Virus record (IMG/VR): IMGVR_UViG_3300011226_000001
Location: 32,001 to 96,000 of that record
From: a virus
Taxonomy: Duplodnaviria > Caudoviricetes
DNA: 64,000 nt
Strand: one strand, 5' to 3'
This document shows positions 18,666 to 26,677 of this stretch, piece after piece (the first letter of the stretch is position 1; every line of letters begins with the position of its first letter). The translations under genes and the position numbers were made by a program. Below the pieces are notes generated by a model. The model was given only the letters and a program-made list of their open reading frames with translations. It did not search any database and was not told where the DNA came from.

Positions 18666-19801
18666 GCTACCTGTAATGAACTACGTAATGTTTCCAGACC
18701 GCCTGTTACAGCGTCAACGCTAACCTCAAGCCACTTGGCCAGAGTCTTGCGTATGAACTTCGTAGGCTTAGCCATGATCCACTGGGTGGCACATGTCATG
18801 GTCTGTTTCAGCATTCCGTTCTCACGCAGATATTCGGTGAACTCGACACAATCACGACCGAGTACCGTTTGATACAGCTTGTGGCGTTTCGTTCCCTCCG
18901 AATCTTCCAGCAGACGATTGATGGTCAGATTGTTTTCCATCTGCTCGGTGTGTACGCGAGCATCCTCACCCAACATGTCTTCGTAAGTGTTCGCCGAGTC
19001 ATCTTCTGGATTGTGCCACATCTGATTATCAGACATAACGACAATCTCATACTTGTCCTCGCCTACTTTCTTCATACGCTTGCGCTTCTCAGCACCGTAG
19101 TAGTTGTTCATGTTGTTAATGCGGTTCGTCAGTGACGCACGAAGATAGTTAAGCTGGTGGCCCTCGCTAAAGCGATTTGGCAAGGATTGATAATACGACA
19201 ACAACACCTTGCACATAATGTCACACGTCAGGTCTGCCATCGGGATGTTGTGGCTTACTGACACCCACTGCAAATTCTTACGGCATAAACGCTTCGCGCT
19301 GCGGTGAATCTCACCGAACAGGCTTGCGGTTTGATCGAGGCGAAGACGCAACTCACGGCTACTGACCATAGTGATATCAAGACCACCTTTGGACTTCGCT
19401 CGCGCTTTCGCACAACGACGAATCTGTGAGCGTTGCGTGTCGTGCTTGAGAATCAGATTCCACGCCAACACTGCTTCACGCTTTGACAGACCGTATGCTG
19501 CATACTGCTGAATGATATCTCGCGGTGACTTATGTAGACAAACAGCGAGAACAAAGAAACGCATCTTCAACGTGAAACGACAAATCGAAGATAGTTCAAT
19601 ACGCAAGTCAGGTGCAGTAAATTCAAACTGCTTAAAATCGACGGCTGCTTGCAAGTCGCGGTGATAACCCGCGATAGATTTATACCCGCTGCCCACGTAA
19701 CGAATCGTCGCAGCGTATACTCGTTGGAACGCCTCTGAGGTTTCCTCAATACCCAGACGCTGTGCCAGATAAGCATTAAGACCTAATTCTTCTGTGATCA
19801 T
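18662..19801 (-). CDS. possible divergent RNA polymerase sigma-like factor
   Basis: ADLTCDIMCKVLLSYY...NYLRASLTNRINN resembles sigma region 2; C-terminal LAKWLEVSVDAVTGGLETLR resembles a region 4 HTH. Confidence 0.45.
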   Translation of the reverse strand: MITEELGLNAYLAQRLGIEETSEAFQRVYAATIRYVGSGYKSIAGYHRDLQAAVDFKQFEFTAPDLRIELSSICRFTLKMRFFVLAVCLHKSPRDIIQQYAAYGLSKREAVLAWNLILKHDTQRSQIRRCAKARAKSKGGLDITMVSSRELRLRLDQTASLFGEIHRSAKRLCRKNLQWVSVSHNIPMADLTCDIMCKVLLSYYQSLPNRFSEGHQLNYLRASLTNRINNMNNYYGAEKRKRMKKVGEDKYEIVVMSDNQMWHNPEDDSANTYEDMLGEDARVHTEQMENNLTINRLLEDSEGTKRHKLYQTVLGRDCVEFTEYLRENGMLKQTMTCATQWIMAKPTKFIRKTLAKWLEVSVDAVTGGLETLRSSLQVA

Positions 19802-19855
19802 GTTTTCCGAGATCCTGTTCGTATAGTTTGAAGTTATGCTGTGCTTAGATCTTAA

Positions 19856-20728
19856 TTACAGGTCGCCGAGTTCGACAACGCCGTTCTTACCGACACGGAG
19901 TTTCTTCTTCTTATCTTTCGACTTGTAGGAGTTACCACCGAGGCTCATAACACCAGACTCGTCTTGCTCTGCACCCATGTCATGACCGTTCTCGATCATC
20001 GACACGATATCCACCAGCGTCTGAGTCTTACGACCTTTACGCTTACCGCCACGGCCTTTCGTCACATCTTCCATCAGAGGAATTGAGAAGCCATCGAGTG
20101 AACTTGGTGCGGAGAAGTTAACGTTATCTTCTTGCGGAAGATTACGTTTAGCGGTTTTGATCTCTTGCTCAGGGTCGATCAGCTTGCCAGCTTTGATCAT
20201 CTCTGCGCGTAACTTAGCAAATTGCTTCTTCGTATATACGGACGGACCATTGAAGCCGTTGTTCGCATACGTCAGAACGATATCGCCTTTCTCGGAAATA
20301 AGACGAATCGAATCTGCGTCTACGTCAAGCACACGCGCTGCCATGAAGTTGTTCAGGTAGTTGCGTGTCTCACGACCACGATAACGCACAAATACAGCTT
20401 GTCCCATCTTCACGCCATGACGACGTGTTTTAGATTCTGACAGCAACATACCAGCAACGACTCGCAGGTCTTTGTCAGACATTTTACGGAACGTGTTAAA
20501 CAGAGCAACCAGCGTATCACCGTGTTCGGTCATCAACTCAGTCAGCGATTGGCTGTCAGAACGATAGTGTTTGCAGATCTTAGAATCTGCTAACTGACCT
20601 TGTGTAGCACACGGCTTTTCGGCAGTCGGCAACAGAGCATCACGAGTCAGACCTCGGCAGTCACCACAGGTGAGTTCGCTTTTTACGAGTGCTTTGATGT
20701 CCAGAGTGCGTACTTTTTGATTCGCCAT
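19856..20728 (-). CDS. hypothetical protein with N-terminal Cys motifs
   Basis: CGDC...C...C; 290 aa. Confidence 0.7.
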   Translation of the reverse strand: MANQKVRTLDIKALVKSELTCGDCRGLTRDALLPTAEKPCATQGQLADSKICKHYRSDSQSLTELMTEHGDTLVALFNTFRKMSDKDLRVVAGMLLSESKTRRHGVKMGQAVFVRYRGRETRNYLNNFMAARVLDVDADSIRLISEKGDIVLTYANNGFNGPSVYTKKQFAKLRAEMIKAGKLIDPEQEIKTAKRNLPQEDNVNFSAPSSLDGFSIPLMEDVTKGRGGKRKGRKTQTLVDIVSMIENGHDMGAEQDESGVMSLGGNSYKSKDKKKKLRVGKNGVVELGDL

Positions 20729-21203
20729 TTTTTAACCCCTTTGTTTTCAATGTTGTCTCAATGCAGAGGCGTAACACTTGGCTCATATTAGTAATGCCAG
20801 GTGTATCACGCTTCAAGAGTTCGAGAGCATGTCTGGTTTCCATGTCAACTTTAATCATCGGCAACAGCACTTCTTTCTGTCCAGGCTGTACCGGTGGGTT
20901 GAGCATCGCATCTACCAGAATGCTTAGCCATGGTTGTGCTCTATTTTCTGCTTCGGGGTCATCCCAAAACGTACCGATAGGTTGCTTACGGTTACCTGCT
21001 AACTTCGCTACCACTGCTTCGGCTTTTGCGTGAAGCGTTGTGTGGCAGTCACCGTCTATTGGGATTTGAAGCGAAAGCTCGCCTCCCAGTGAGCGGGGCA
21101 CTGTGTGGTGATAGTGAATCGCTCTGCTGAATTTACCGCAGATGATACACTGTGTCAAATCACCTTTCGTAGCCGCCGGCAGTCGGTTTTCGTTGTTAGC
21201 CAT
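20661..21203 (-). CDS. HNH-family endonuclease with possible C-terminal ribbon-helix-helix
   Basis: CIIC...HYHHTVPRSLGG...DCHTTLH; IKVDMETRHALELLK...MSQVLRLCIE. Confidence 0.65.
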   Translation of the reverse strand: MANNENRLPAATKGDLTQCIICGKFSRAIHYHHTVPRSLGGELSLQIPIDGDCHTTLHAKAEAVVAKLAGNRKQPIGTFWDDPEAENRAQPWLSILVDAMLNPPVQPGQKEVLLPMIKVDMETRHALELLKRDTPGITNMSQVLRLCIETTLKTKGLKNGESKSTHSGHQSTRKKRTHLW

Positions 21204-22470
21204 TAGTCCACGGTAGGAACCAGTTCTGCAACTTCACGTCGCCGCCTGTATGGCGCAGCAACAAGTTGATCGCTGATTTCTCCATAAGCCAAGCACAATG
21301 CACGTCACTGTCTTTCATCACGCCACGTAACGGCATCGTGGTGAATAGACCGAGTGTGCTACTGCTTTTCTCGTTGAGCATATCGACAATGGGGTTTAGA
21401 TAGTCAAGCATCGCGTGGTCGTTGCTCGTCTTCATCTGACGGAACACGCGCTCTTTGGAATTGCTCAGACGAACTTTGCTTTCCATCGCTTCCAGCTTCG
21501 CTGTGATTTCGTCAATGTTTTCCTGCGACTCTGCGATCTGTTCGCGGATAGCACGACGAGCTTTAAGCGATTTCGCCTGCTCCAAAAGCTGATTCAGCTT
21601 CTTGAGTTCACGGCGTTCTGTGTTGCGTTCTTTCTGGAGGCGTTTGCGTTCGACGAGAGTACCATCAAGCATCTTGTGATCTTTCACGGCTTCTTCTGCT
21701 ACGCCTTTCGCGTCGGACATGCGGAAGAACAACAGAAGCTGGTTTTCAAAAATGATGCCGAGGTCGGAGCTTGGGGTTGAGTGCAGACCGGCAGTTTCGA
21801 TTTTGAAACCCATGCGTGTTAACGATTCAGGACTCATGGCGAGTGTTCCGAACCGAGCCATCACAGGAAGTTGAACTATCTGAATTGAGTGTTTGAACGT
21901 TCTCGGTACTTTGTGGCTGTACGCGTCCTTGAGTCGCTTGAGTACACGACTGGTCTTCGCAGTCGCTGCGTCTTCGCGTTGCTCACGACGAACAGCTTTG
22001 TCGGTCGATTCCTGCTCGTAGATTTCCTCTGCTACCTTCTGGAATGAATCCAAGTCGGTGCTACCATCTGCGTTCTTCTTCACATCATCGAGCGTTACGA
22101 CTTTGCGAGACTCAGGCAGATAGCCGAGACAGGACTTAGCTAACGATACGTCAGCTTCAAACGACTTCACAATTTCACCGAGCTTTTCCATCAGTTCGCG
22201 GGGCTTGATGCGTTTAGCCACCACTTGTTCTGACAGGCTGAGGCAGGTGGTGCAAGTTGCGCGGACAGAATCACGCAGTTGCAGTACATCTGGGTATGAC
22301 TTATAAGTATTACTCTTTAATGCCTTTGTAAGATCCGCTAAAACAGACGACGGATGTCCTAATGAATCAACAACATGCTGGCGTTTCAAATTGAGACCTG
22401 AACGGAGCTTAGTCAGTGTTCCAATGACCTGCTCTAAACCAGCTTTAAGGTTGCTTACCTGATTTTTCAT
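21196..22470 (-). CDS. hypothetical coiled-coil protein
   Basis: 424-aa ORF with a heptad-rich charged region. Confidence 0.75.
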   Translation of the reverse strand: MKNQVSNLKAGLEQVIGTLTKLRSGLNLKRQHVVDSLGHPSSVLADLTKALKSNTYKSYPDVLQLRDSVRATCTTCLSLSEQVVAKRIKPRELMEKLGEIVKSFEADVSLAKSCLGYLPESRKVVTLDDVKKNADGSTDLDSFQKVAEEIYEQESTDKAVRREQREDAATAKTSRVLKRLKDAYSHKVPRTFKHSIQIVQLPVMARFGTLAMSPESLTRMGFKIETAGLHSTPSSDLGIIFENQLLLFFRMSDAKGVAEEAVKDHKMLDGTLVERKRLQKERNTERRELKKLNQLLEQAKSLKARRAIREQIAESQENIDEITAKLEAMESKVRLSNSKERVFRQMKTSNDHAMLDYLNPIVDMLNEKSSSTLGLFTTMPLRGVMKDSDVHCAWLMEKSAINLLLRHTGGDVKLQNWFLPWTNG

Positions 22471-22750
22471 CTATGGATTTCCAAACTTCACTAAGAGTTG
22501 AGGACCATTGCTGCTGGTCCTAGCGACACTTCGAATGCCAATGTTGCATAAGCATATTAGCATTACGTGGGTCGATTATAGTATAGGTCGAGGGGCTCTC
22601 CCAGAGAATGCCTCGCCAGAATTGGCCTTTTTTAGGCTCAGTTTATTTTACCCTTGAGTTTCCAAATTGCTGCGTTGCGCTACGCTACCCTCCTGTTGTG
22701 TTTCGAGTAGCTCGATAATCTCCCAATTATCGTAGCTACCCATCTAGATC

Positions 22751-22803
22751 ATTATATCATAATCTGCTTTCAAATACAACCGCATTTCGTCCAAGAATAT
22801 GCT
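22751..22803 (-). promoter_or_regulatory. sigma70-like promoter with upstream TGGAC box
   Basis: Minus strand TTGGACGAAA..TTGTAT..TGATATAAT. Confidence 0.7.
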
Positions 22804-22823
22804 GAGTTGTATTTACAGATTTC

Positions 22824-24479
22824 TCAAAGACTTACCGGCAGCTTGTCGTCAGGTGATTTCAGATAAGCCTTAACTTTCGCGGCAGTACCATTAGCAGCAT
22901 ACTTGCCTGGCTCTTTCAGACCACATTTATACTCTGCAATCTCGGCCTTGATTTCTTTAATCTTGGCGACGAGTCCTGCACGTTCGAGTTTAGCCAGCTT
23001 ACGCACTTGACGGTCGAGAATGATCTTCGCATCGTCAACAGGAATCTTGCAGGCTTTCGCAAGAGCAGCATCAGGGTCTGCGGCTACCAGCACTTTAGGC
23101 AGCGCTTTGAGTAACTTGTCCATGTTGTCTACTGCCCACAAGTAAACCTCTTGCAGATGTAGGGCTTTCTCTGCTTTGGCCATCTTGTTTTTGAGCATCG
23201 CTATTTCTAGCTTAATGCGATACGCAACCCACGCTTTGAAGTAGTTCACATACGACAGATACATAAACTTGTTCGAGGCATCAGCACGGCGAACTGTCAC
23301 ACCCAGCGAGTAGTTGATCGCGGAGGTAACTTCACGCTGCACCTTAGTTGCGAGTTCATACAGCACATCGTCACTACCACGACACTTGATAGCGAACGCT
23401 GCGCCCCACGGACCGGCATCTTTGTTCTTCTTCGAGCTGGCGTTTGACGCAGACACAACACCAGGCCACTCTGCAATCTTCTCCAGCTTCTTGGTGATAG
23501 TTGCGTTGTTAGACATACCGCCTGGCACATACGTTTGAATCGTGATCGTCTTCGTCTTCTCGTCGATCTTCATCTGCGGTTCGTATGTGACTTTACCGCG
23601 GCCTGTAGACATGAGCGCGAGGAAGTCTTCATCAGAGCTTACGTCGAGACAGCCATACTCATGATTGACTTTGAGCGTGTCCGCGAGTTTCTTCGCGCTG
23701 TACTCTTTGCCATTGAGCATATCACACACGACTTTCGCAACTGACGTAAAGCTGAACGATGGGTTACCGCACTTAACGCCGTACGCAGGCGCTGGCACAC
23801 TACCGTTGAACAACATGTACGGTAACAGTGCAGGCAGATACAGAGGTATCTTCATATCGTTCGAGAAGTTGTCCACCATCGGTGTTACTTCGAGATAGTC
23901 AGGGTCGAGCAAGAAGCTACCCGCGAACTTACTCATTTTCGCTTCGGTATAACGCATCGCAGCAGCAGGCGCTACAGGGTCACCCCAGTTACCTTGACCC
24001 GCTACAGCAGGAGGCACTGTGTTTGCAATCGTTACCATCGCACCGTAGCAAGCAGCATCGCCGTGTGGGTGATACTTACCTAACGCATCACCAACAGTAC
24101 GCGCAGCTTTCTTGAAAGCACCGCCAGGGCGTAACCCCAAGTCTGACAGCGACCAGAGTAATGCACGGTGAACGGGCTTGAGGCCGTCACGATAGTCAGC
24201 GATAGCACGGTCCTCAACAACGTATGAACCGTACTGGAAGAGAGCGCGTCGCGTGTAGTCAGCAAGGTTCTCGTCACGAATGAGGGACTCGTCTTGACCA
24301 ATCATCGGGTACAGCGAAGTACCTGTAGCAGTCTCAACTACTTCGCCTTTCTTCTTTTTCTTTTTCGGCAAGTCATCGGCAGCTACTGCTTTCGATTTTG
24401 ACTTCAACTTAACCTTTGCAGGTTTCGCTACCGCAGTCGATTTCTTTTCGACTTTAACTTTCTTCGGCTTAACTGCCAT
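22824..24479 (-). CDS. gyrA: type IIA topoisomerase subunit A (GyrA/ParC-like), lacking the C-terminal pinwheel
   Basis: RAIADYRDGLKPVHR, KYHPHGD, GQGNWG, AAMRYTE (catalytic Tyr); start MAVKPKK with GGAGG RBS. Confidence 0.92.
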   Translation of the reverse strand: MAVKPKKVKVEKKSTAVAKPAKVKLKSKSKAVAADDLPKKKKKKGEVVETATGTSLYPMIGQDESLIRDENLADYTRRALFQYGSYVVEDRAIADYRDGLKPVHRALLWSLSDLGLRPGGAFKKAARTVGDALGKYHPHGDAACYGAMVTIANTVPPAVAGQGNWGDPVAPAAAMRYTEAKMSKFAGSFLLDPDYLEVTPMVDNFSNDMKIPLYLPALLPYMLFNGSVPAPAYGVKCGNPSFSFTSVAKVVCDMLNGKEYSAKKLADTLKVNHEYGCLDVSSDEDFLALMSTGRGKVTYEPQMKIDEKTKTITIQTYVPGGMSNNATITKKLEKIAEWPGVVSASNASSKKNKDAGPWGAAFAIKCRGSDDVLYELATKVQREVTSAINYSLGVTVRRADASNKFMYLSYVNYFKAWVAYRIKLEIAMLKNKMAKAEKALHLQEVYLWAVDNMDKLLKALPKVLVAADPDAALAKACKIPVDDAKIILDRQVRKLAKLERAGLVAKIKEIKAEIAEYKCGLKEPGKYAANGTAAKVKAYLKSPDDKLPVSL

Positions 24480-24480
24480 G

Positions 24481-25230
24481 TTATTCCTCCAGACCCAGCA
24501 GACGACGACGATGGACTGCATCTTCTGCAAGTACACCTCGGAAGAAACGCTCCTGCTCAACGCTAGTGAACGGGTTCACGCGAATCAAGCGGCGAGTCTT
24601 CGGATTGAATGAGATCGCTTCGAGCACGTCAGGTTCAACTTCACCCCAACCTTTTGCACGAACGATTTCTTTATCTTTTACAGCAGCAGGAGCTTTCGCT
24701 CGGCATTCTTCAAATGTCATGCCACCGTAGTGAATGCCTTTGTGCATCACGTTATACAGAGGCGCATCGACGATCCACACACGACCCTCTTTCATCAGGT
24801 CAGGCAGCAGTCGATAGATAACGCCGAGGAACAACGTTGCGATGTGGAATCCATCAGGGTCAGCATCCATCAGGAACAACAGGTTGCCGATACGCAGATT
24901 CTTCGTGCTCAACTTCGGCGCTTCTGCTTTCGGGTCTAACGATTTCAGGTCAGCACCCACAGACACTAACATGCCCTGCACTTCTTTGTGCTTGAGTACG
25001 TCAGCGAGACTTGCTTTCAGACCGTTAAGCGGCTTACCACCAGCGAGCATAACTTCCTGATAGTCAGGGTTACGTGCGTGTTTGGCCGTGTTATGCACAA
25101 CGACGCCATTACCTAGCACGAAGTTATGATGCACAGGCATAGTCGCATCGTACACGGGAACTGGTGTGTCTAACTTCACGCGACGGACAGCTTTAACTGT
25201 CAAATTCGTCGTAGTAGAAGATGATTCCAT
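24481..25230 (-). CDS. gyrB: GyrB/ParE C-terminal half fused to the C-intein
   Basis: AAGGAG RBS, then IntC ending VVVHN|TAKHAR; GKPLN, MDADPDGFHI, RAKGWGE. Confidence 0.92.
   Translation of the reverse strand: MESSSTTTNLTVKAVRRVKLDTPVPVYDATMPVHHNFVLGNGVVVHNTAKHARNPDYQEVMLAGGKPLNGLKASLADVLKHKEVQGMLVSVGADLKSLDPKAEAPKLSTKNLRIGNLLFLMDADPDGFHIATLFLGVIYRLLPDLMKEGRVWIVDAPLYNVMHKGIHYGGMTFEECRAKAPAAVKDKEIVRAKGWGEVEPDVLEAISFNPKTRRLIRVNPFTSVEQERFFRGVLAEDAVHRRRLLGLEE
25090..25230 (-). mobile_element. split intein, C-terminal fragment (47 aa)
   Basis: VKAVRRV...VYDATMPVHHNFVLGNGVVVHN, +1 residue Thr. Confidence 0.92.
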
Positions 25231-25279
25231 TTTAGCTGTCTCCTTCGACAACAATGATAATTTAATCACATCAGAATCA

Positions 25280-25441
25280 TTAGTCAGGATTCTGGTTTTG
25301 TTCGTTCATGCGCTCGTTTTCTTCACGCTCGCGTTCATCTTCTTCCTCCTGACGCTCACGATATACTCGTTTGTCAGGGTCTTCGATAGATGGTGATTTG
25401 GTGCTGTCAGTATCGACGCTTAACGAAACATAAATCTTCAT
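25280..25441 (-). CDS. unannotated 53-aa acidic/charged peptide
   Basis: AAGGA RBS; MKIYVSLSVDTDSTKSPSIEDPDKRVYRERQEEEDEREREENERMNEQNQNPD; double stop TAATGA. Confidence 0.6.
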   Translation of the reverse strand: MKIYVSLSVDTDSTKSPSIEDPDKRVYRERQEEEDEREREENERMNEQNQNPD

Positions 25442-25468
25442 AGCTATTCCTTATTTACAGAGGTCTGT

Positions 25469-26677
25469 ATGAGCCTAATAAAAGCACACAAACGCTTGAG
25501 CAAGAAGTTTAGCAAAGAGTTCAAATCCCTAATGCCAATCTTCTTTGAGCAACGCGACAAGAAACAATGCAACGCACTTGTACGCGACTCATACCCAAAA
25601 CTGTTTGACGCTATCGAACAGGCAACAGGTTGCACTGTCTTTAAATTAGACCCAGCAGCGTTTCACACCTTACTTACTGGTGAGGTTGCTGCACAGTGCC
25701 ACAATAAAGGTTGCACGAATATGTGTGGCTACGATAAAGGCAAACGCAAGTACAAAGAGTTTTGCTCCAAGCAATGTGCCAACGCTAGCGGTGCTATCAA
25801 AGAACGGCGCGAAGCAACAATGCTCAAAAAGTACGGCGTTAAAAATGCGTATGCGGCACCAGAGATTCAAGCTAAGATTGCAAGCAAGAATATCGAGAAG
25901 TACGGAACAGCCAACGCATCGTCAAGCGACAAGGTAAAGCAGAAGCGCCGCAAGACTTTTCAAAAACGCTACGGCATCAATTCTCCTATGGAGAGTTCAG
26001 AGTTTCGTGGACGTCTGAAAGATTCCATACGTACTCGCTACGGTGTAGACAACGTAGCACAAAGTCCTGTAGTTCAAGCGAAGACAGAAGCAACGTGTAT
26101 TGAACGTTACGGTGTCTCTCGCGTTATGCACGACCCTGAGATCGCAGCGTACACACATAAGCGGTCAGTAGAAGGCAGCATGATGAAGTACGGTGTACCG
26201 AATGCGATGCTTCATCCAGACGTGCTAGCCAGGTGGCAAGACTCTCTGGGACGCAGAACTGAAATGACAATCTGCGGCAAGACAGTCTACGTTCAGGGCT
26301 ATGAGCGTTTCGTATTCGAACGTCTGCACCAACTCAAACCGTTTAAATCAATTACCACTCGTATGCCGCAGTCAGCAATGGTGCCTTATACTTTCAAAGG
26401 CAAGCAACGCAGATATGTTCCTGACGCTGCAATCAAACTGCCTGACGGCTCAGTACGCGTGGTCGAGGTAAAGAGCTGGTTCACGCTACGCAACGAAGCA
26501 AACGTAGAGAAGTTTAAGGCGGCAACCAAACACTTCAACGCTCGTGGTATAGACTTCGTAGTTATCATAGCGGAACCAGAATACGATTACATTCGCGTAA
26601 TAGTTAACCCGAAGAAAGGGCTCAAGTCACTTGTACGCACGGCACATCTTTTCAGTAGTGGCCGTCGAACTTGGTAA
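25469..26677 (+). CDS. free-standing putative homing endonuclease (Zn motif, 23-aa YG repeats, PD-(D/E)XK domain)
   Basis: GAGG RBS; CHNKGC..FCSKQC; six (K/R)YG repeats; RYVPDAAI..VVEVKS; the only convincing plus-strand gene. Confidence 0.8.
   Translation: MSLIKAHKRLSKKFSKEFKSLMPIFFEQRDKKQCNALVRDSYPKLFDAIEQATGCTVFKLDPAAFHTLLTGEVAAQCHNKGCTNMCGYDKGKRKYKEFCSKQCANASGAIKERREATMLKKYGVKNAYAAPEIQAKIASKNIEKYGTANASSSDKVKQKRRKTFQKRYGINSPMESSEFRGRLKDSIRTRYGVDNVAQSPVVQAKTEATCIERYGVSRVMHDPEIAAYTHKRSVEGSMMKYGVPNAMLHPDVLARWQDSLGRRTEMTICGKTVYVQGYERFVFERLHQLKPFKSITTRMPQSAMVPYTFKGKQRRYVPDAAIKLPDGSVRVVEVKSWFTLRNEANVEKFKAATKHFNARGIDFVVIIAEPEYDYIRVIVNPKKGLKSLVRTAHLFSSGRRTW
25802..26226 (+). repeat. six ~23-aa protein repeats centred on (K/R)YG
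   Basis: KKYGVKN, EKYGTAN, KRYGINS, TRYGVDN, ERYGVSR, MKYGVPN. Confidence 0.8.

Noticed and set aside
25231-26651. Group I intron interrupting gyrB
   Set aside because: Both flanks carry complete complementary intein halves, IntC has its own RBS and ATG, and the little non-coding sequence available shows no intron core.
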